From: Chrysomallon squamiferum | Lineage: Eukaryota; Animalia; Mollusca | Reading direction: 5' to 3' | Assembly: GCA_012295275.1 (NCBI GenBank) | Contig: CM022670.1 | Span: 4,216,001-4,280,000 of the forward strand | Length of the DNA: 64,000 nucleotides | Shown here: piece by piece, positions 58,324 to 64,000 of the stretch | How positions within the stretch are numbered: the stretch's first letter is position 1 | How the letters are laid out: the number at the start of each line of letters is the position of its first letter | Program-made: the position numbers and the translations under genes | The notes under the pieces: generated by a model | What the model saw: the letters and a program-made list of their open reading frames with translations, nothing else | Databases searched by the model: none | What the model was told of the DNA's origin: nothing

Positions 58324-58630
58324 AGACAGATCGTTAAAAGTTTTGACATAGTCAGACATACTGTGACATGATATGATGTAACTAGACATATCGTGACGTG
58401 GTATGACATAGACATACTGTGACATCGTATAGTATAACAAGACAAATCGTTAAAAGTTTTGACATAGCTAGACATATTGTGTCATGATATGATGTAACTA
58501 GACATATCGTGACGTGGTATGACAGAGACATACTGTGACATAGTAAGGCGAAGCTAGATATAATGTGACATGATATGCTATAACTGGACGTATGGTGACA
58601 TGGCATGCTACAGTTAGACATGGTATGACA
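58324..58630. repeat. Tandem repeat, 116-bp period built from GACAT-rich subunits
   Basis: ATCGTTAAAAGTTTTGACATAG at 58330 and 58446; internal AGACATA/TGACAT subrepeats. Confidence 0.85.
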
Positions 58631-59686
58631 ACACGGTAGACATAGCATACCACTTGGGATGACTTGATACGTAAAAGGATCAATTGGCCTGCAATGGCAT
58701 AGGATGCTGTGACAGCACCAACTGGCACAGGTTTGTTATCCAACACTGCTGTGAAGGTGAAATGTGGTTGCCTATGCATGGTACAGGTTGGCATGATACT
58801 TGATCCACAAACTGATCTGGTTAGGAAGCGCTACCGGAATAATATCCCATTAACTACCACCTTCAAAGCAGACGACTTAACCACTCCGCCACTGAATCCG
58901 TTTATTGACGTTTTAACTGCTTGGCGCCGCTTATACTTGACCAAACAGCCCTGATCTATAAACCGCTGACCATCGAGGTCTATAGCCATTGTAATTATCC
59001 ATTACAATTGATCCGGTGTTGCCTTGCGTCCGCGTTTTTTGACGTATCCCATATTTATTCATTGCTCATCATGGTATAAACCACGAACAGGTCAGCAAGT
59101 CTGGCTGGAGAGAGTGATTTGATTTGACGCTTTTACACCAGGAGTGGTTTTAACAGCCACTACCGTTAATACACTTTACCCTCGTGTGTGATGGCGTTTC
59201 GGGATGTGTGGGAACGTACGCCGAAACCTTTCAATTGTACGTGCTTGCCCAGACGGCCCTAGCTGTCAGTAAACGTATTATCTCGTCACGTTTTTGTGAG
59301 GCTTTTTTCATCTCAACAGCAACTTGTTGTCGCCTGGCTGATGTGGGTTTTTTTTTATTGTTTAGTTTTGCTGTTCTGAACAGATGTACAAAAAAAAAAA
59401 AAAAAAAAAAGCGAAGATTGGTTTGGCTCAGTTTCTGATTAGTTGTTGGCCGTGCTACGCAAATCTGTTCAAAGATTTATTGTGAAAAAAAAAAAAAATT
59501 TAGGCGCTATTAATGTTTTTTAATTGTGAGTCAGACGGTGTTATTGAAATCTGATATTAATTCCAGACAGTTTATGTATTGGTTTACCGTATTTAGGTAA
59601 CTCCGTAGATTGTGAAATGATTAGAATCGCAGAATATTGACCAGTTTAAAAACATATTTAATAGTTATAATTACACACACAGGTAC

Positions 59687-59753
<67 letters not shown>

Positions 59754-61548
59754 TAAAAGGAGATGTGAAAAAGGAGAGAATGCTTAAAGCATTTTCTAAA
59801 ATAATAACACTAATAACTTTTCATGTTCTGTGTTCGAACTCTTTACTAATCAAATAAAATTCAAATTCTAAACCAGGTTGTTGTTCGGTATCCTAGAACT
59901 TGCTAAACACCATCGCGATATCGCGTTTGATTAACGAAATACACAAAAGGCAGAATTGTAGTTTATCATCAAAGTAATTAATAAAATACGCAAAGAACAG
60001 AAATGAATAGAAAACAAGAGACAGTTAAATATCTTGCATCGTGAACAACGTGGCTATTAATTTGCTAATGTTATTTACTTTTCGATAACACAAAAAGAGA
60101 TAATTATGTAAAAGAAGAAGAAAAAAAAAGTGTTTAAATATTTTGTGTAACCAGAAGAATGGTTAGACGTCCGTAAATTCTGTTACAGTTGTTTACTCTT
60201 AGATAATTTCACATTCATTTTAACCTGCCGCAAATGGCTGCTCATTCATGAAAGCAGTGGAGCTGAAAATTAACATGTCAAGCGATACTGTGCATTCTGT
60301 TCTCTTGAAGAGATTCTGCAAAACTGTCATGAACACAATGACAGCGACTGCAGATATTGTTAAATTAAAAAAAAAAAAAAAGAAATGATACAGAAAGTGT
60401 GGGAAGATGAGCGTGAGAGATACAAAAAGAAACATCTTAAGATGCATAGATACGGATAAACTGATGCAGATGCGTGGGCGTGCATTTGTTTGTGTGTGTG
60501 AGAGTGACAGGGCGGAAAAGAGAGATAGAAAGAGTCTGAGTATCATAGGTAACGAGAGAGAAATGATGATGACAAAGAAAGAGAGACAGAGAAAAGTAAG
60601 CATGAAAAACAGTAGAGGCCTTCAGAAAGGGAGAGAGAAAGATGTTTAAATTTTTATATCATCATATGTTAAGCAACAATAACTATTTTGTGTTTGAAAT
60701 CTGATATCAGATATTAAAGTGGTTCTAAAAAACGAATATAACATCTATTGGATTCTTTCTCAGTATGTTTGTGTTGTGCTTTCGAGGGTGTGTACGTGTG
60801 TGAGTCTATGTGTGTAAGCAAATATGTGCGTGGATGCATGTGTATGTGTGTGTGTTCGTCTCTTTGTGTGTATATGGACGTTCGTGTATGTATGCGTACG
60901 TGTGTGTTTGCGGGTGTATGCCTCTGCGTTCGATACTGATATTTACGAAATCTGAAACATAAAAAAAAAATAATGACGTTTCACTCGATAACACGAATAA
61001 TCGTATTTCAAATTCAAACTTCCTTGTTTGCTAAACGACAGCTGCCATCTATAATCTGCGACTTCATTAACTGAGACAGGTCATCAAGTCTGCGTACAGT
61101 TTATGTGCAGTTTAAATCAAACAGCGACGGGAGATTTACAAGCGAATTGCGACATAACGGCTCAGCCATCTGCAAGTCTAATCTCTAATACAAACAAACG
61201 TCCCGCCGCGTTTACTGCTGTGTATGGAAGAACCAGTAACAAAGCTGATAATCTGCTAAAGAAATGGAACAATCTAAACTGTATAGTAGTAGTAGTAGTA
61301 GTAGTAGAGGTCGTAGTCGTAATCGTAATCGTAGTAGTAGTAGTAGTACTAACAATAACAATATTAACAAAAATATCAACTAGAACAATAATAATGACGT
61401 CAGTAATAATAATAATAACAACAGCAACAACAACATCAGCAACTACAACAGCAACAGTAGTAGTAGTAGTTATAATAAAATAAAAAATAAATCATCGTTG
61501 TCTGATATCGATATCATTACTTTTTTTCTTTTTTCTTGAAATATGTTG

Positions 61549-61592
<44 letters not shown>

Positions 61593-61595
<3 letters not shown>

Positions 61596-61932
61596 TTTCG
61601 ACGTACAGAAAGTCTTTAAACATGTCATTTCAGTTAAAACGTCATTATCCTCGAATGCTCATATTTAAAGCGTTGACATTCTGTCAGCATTAAAGCCAAT
61701 AATTAACGAGATTATTATGTCTGCAGAGGCCAAGATAAACACAAAATGCCGCGTCACATTGGTGGAAATTACCACAGATTACATGGACGTACCGTATAAA
61801 ATTAAGTAGATGAGCTTTTCTGTCGACAAATTATTATTATGACATTATAAAGGGTTTCTTTTCTTTTCTTTACTTGAATGGGTTTTTTTTGGTACTAGAC
61901 CATCACGCAGTAATTAGATACGGACTGATTAT
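61593..61932 (-). repeat. Long inverted repeat, right arm
   Basis: Reverse complement of 54447-54800; high identity in the inner about 260 bp, more diverged at the outer end. Confidence 0.9.
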
Positions 61933-62764
61933 TTGTTAGAGAGCTTTTTATCGGGGAAAACAAGAAAAAGAAGAAGAAAAAAAGTAATTTAAAATCCTGA
62001 CAGTTGTAATTGCTTATGCAAACTATTTTCCATACTGCAAGAGAGAAAGAAGAATATTTAATTTAATTTTATTTAATTTTATTTTTTCGAAGAAGAAATT
62101 ATGTTTGTTATTATTATTAGTAGTAGTGGCAGTGGTAGTAATAATAGTAGTCACAGTGATAGTAGTAGCTGTATAGAGTAATAGTAATATATCTATCGAT
62201 ACGTCTTTCTGTCTATCCCTCTATCCCTCTATCTATCTATCTATCTGTTTGTCTATCTGTTTGCCTGTCTGTCTGCCTGACTATTTATCTATCTATCTAT
62301 TATAATGCTATTTTAACTGTTATTATTTTTCAAATTAGCCTGTATTTTCCAGTTTAGAGATATAAAAACATATTACTAATCTTCGTGAATTTATTGAAGG
62401 AAGACGGTTCCAGGACACGATCCTTGTTCTCGCCAGACGTGATCGATTTTTCAACTGTGTGTATCTGAAATCCGTTTTGCGTTATAACTACTTAGCCACA
62501 TTTACACTTGACCAAACAACGTATGCCTGTGAGCAGATGATCAAGGAAGTAATTATCTTCGTAGATTCAGAACAGATGTTGGAAATCTTCGTACAAATTC
62601 GTACAAATTATATACCTTCTTCTTCTTTTTCTTCTTCTTTTTCTTTTTACTATTACTACTACTACTACTACTACTATTACTATTACTACTACTACCACTA
62701 CTACTACTACTATTAATACTACAATTACTACAACTACTAAAACTATTACTGTAACTATTATTTA

Positions 62765-62798
<34 letters not shown>

Positions 62799-64000
62799 TT
62801 ATCACAATTACAATAATGAAAGGAAGAAAATGGCGGGGTTCATTTAATTAGCATAGACTTATTAATTATTTTATACTTTATTATTAAGAAAGACTGGTTG
62901 TCAGGTACTACTGAATTAAGAAATCGGAAGAAAGTAAAATGCATTTAGATAACGTGTCAATAGCACAAAAGGTTCACTTTAAAACAATAATCATATATTA
63001 TTTTAATAACGGCCACTTTATTATAAAGAAAATAGTGCGTGCTGATTTCTGTGGTACCGGATATCTTAAAACCCTTTAAATATGATTAACCAATAAGGAG
63101 AAAATTCTGTTGCAGTCTGTTAGCAGTTTCTGTGAAAAAAAAACACACCTCAAAAACAAAACAAAACAAAACAAATCCTTTGATACCACGTAACACAATA
63201 AAGGGTCTTCAATCAAATATCACTTTTTGAAAATTTCATTAAATAAACGGTTTTAACGTCAGAACGATCTGTATGTTGTCTTTGATAACAGTATCGCATA
63301 ACAACATTAAAATGTCTTACAATCAGGTTTTTGCTCCAACGTTTTTCTGTTTGTTTGCAAACCCGGGCGGACCAATACTGCGAAAATACATTAGAGTAAT
63401 TCGTTATCATTTATCACCGATTTGACACGTAAAATACCACTAAATGCACAAATACTGCAGGCTGCAAGAACAACAATAAAGCTAAATACAGTTAAAAAAA
63501 AAGAAAAAAAAAAGTAAATTTAATAAGGCTCAAACAAATAAATTGTTTTGCGCACCTTTTCGTTTCAACAAATACATTTAAAACCTTAAGTAATTTGTGA
63601 AAAAAAATTCACACCCACAGTAACACACACACTTTGATAACGACATACCGTTGCATATTCAGGTTTAATAAGGACTAAAGAAAGTGTTTTAAGTGTTTGC
63701 GATAGGGAAAACAATTATTATTGTTATTATTATTATTATTATTGTTGTTGTTGTTGTTGTTGTTGTTATTGTGGTTGTTATTGTAATGGTTTTTAATGCC
63801 ATAAAATACATAAAAACAACAACACATATTAAATAATTATGGCTATTGTTGCTACTTTTTATGCACTAAACAAACAACAGTGTTGCATGTATGCATGGAA
63901 TAAATAAAACTGTAATTATTAAAGTTTAAAAAGAATTGAAAATCGAGCTTTTTACGAAATTAAAAAAGCCATTTTCAAAACAGAAATCGCATGATCATGC

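Overview
AT-rich, microsatellite-dense eukaryotic (invertebrate, mollusc-like by inference) genomic DNA; almost all ORFs in the supplied track are microsatellite artefacts. Supported content: (1) a decayed Sola2-type DNA transposon (3721-5754) with ATAT target duplication, long asymmetric TIRs and a frameshifted DDD transposase remnant; (2) two tandem minus-strand 106-aa ORFs (8201-8521, 10911-11231) that are divergent paralogues of an unrecognised small-protein family; (3) a decayed Ginger1-type DNA transposon (15082-16630) with CCGG duplication and a Gypsy-like integrase zinc-finger remnant; (4) a 444-codon minus-strand exon (17331-18665) encoding a single-pass membrane protein with a disordered tail carrying candidate MAPK-docking, calcineurin-docking and PDZ-binding motifs; (5) about 45 kb of apparently non-coding sequence upstream of it with dispersed direct and inverted repeats, minisatellites, several perfect CRE palindromes and candidate enhancer islands. 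All calls were made by eye; no database searches were run.
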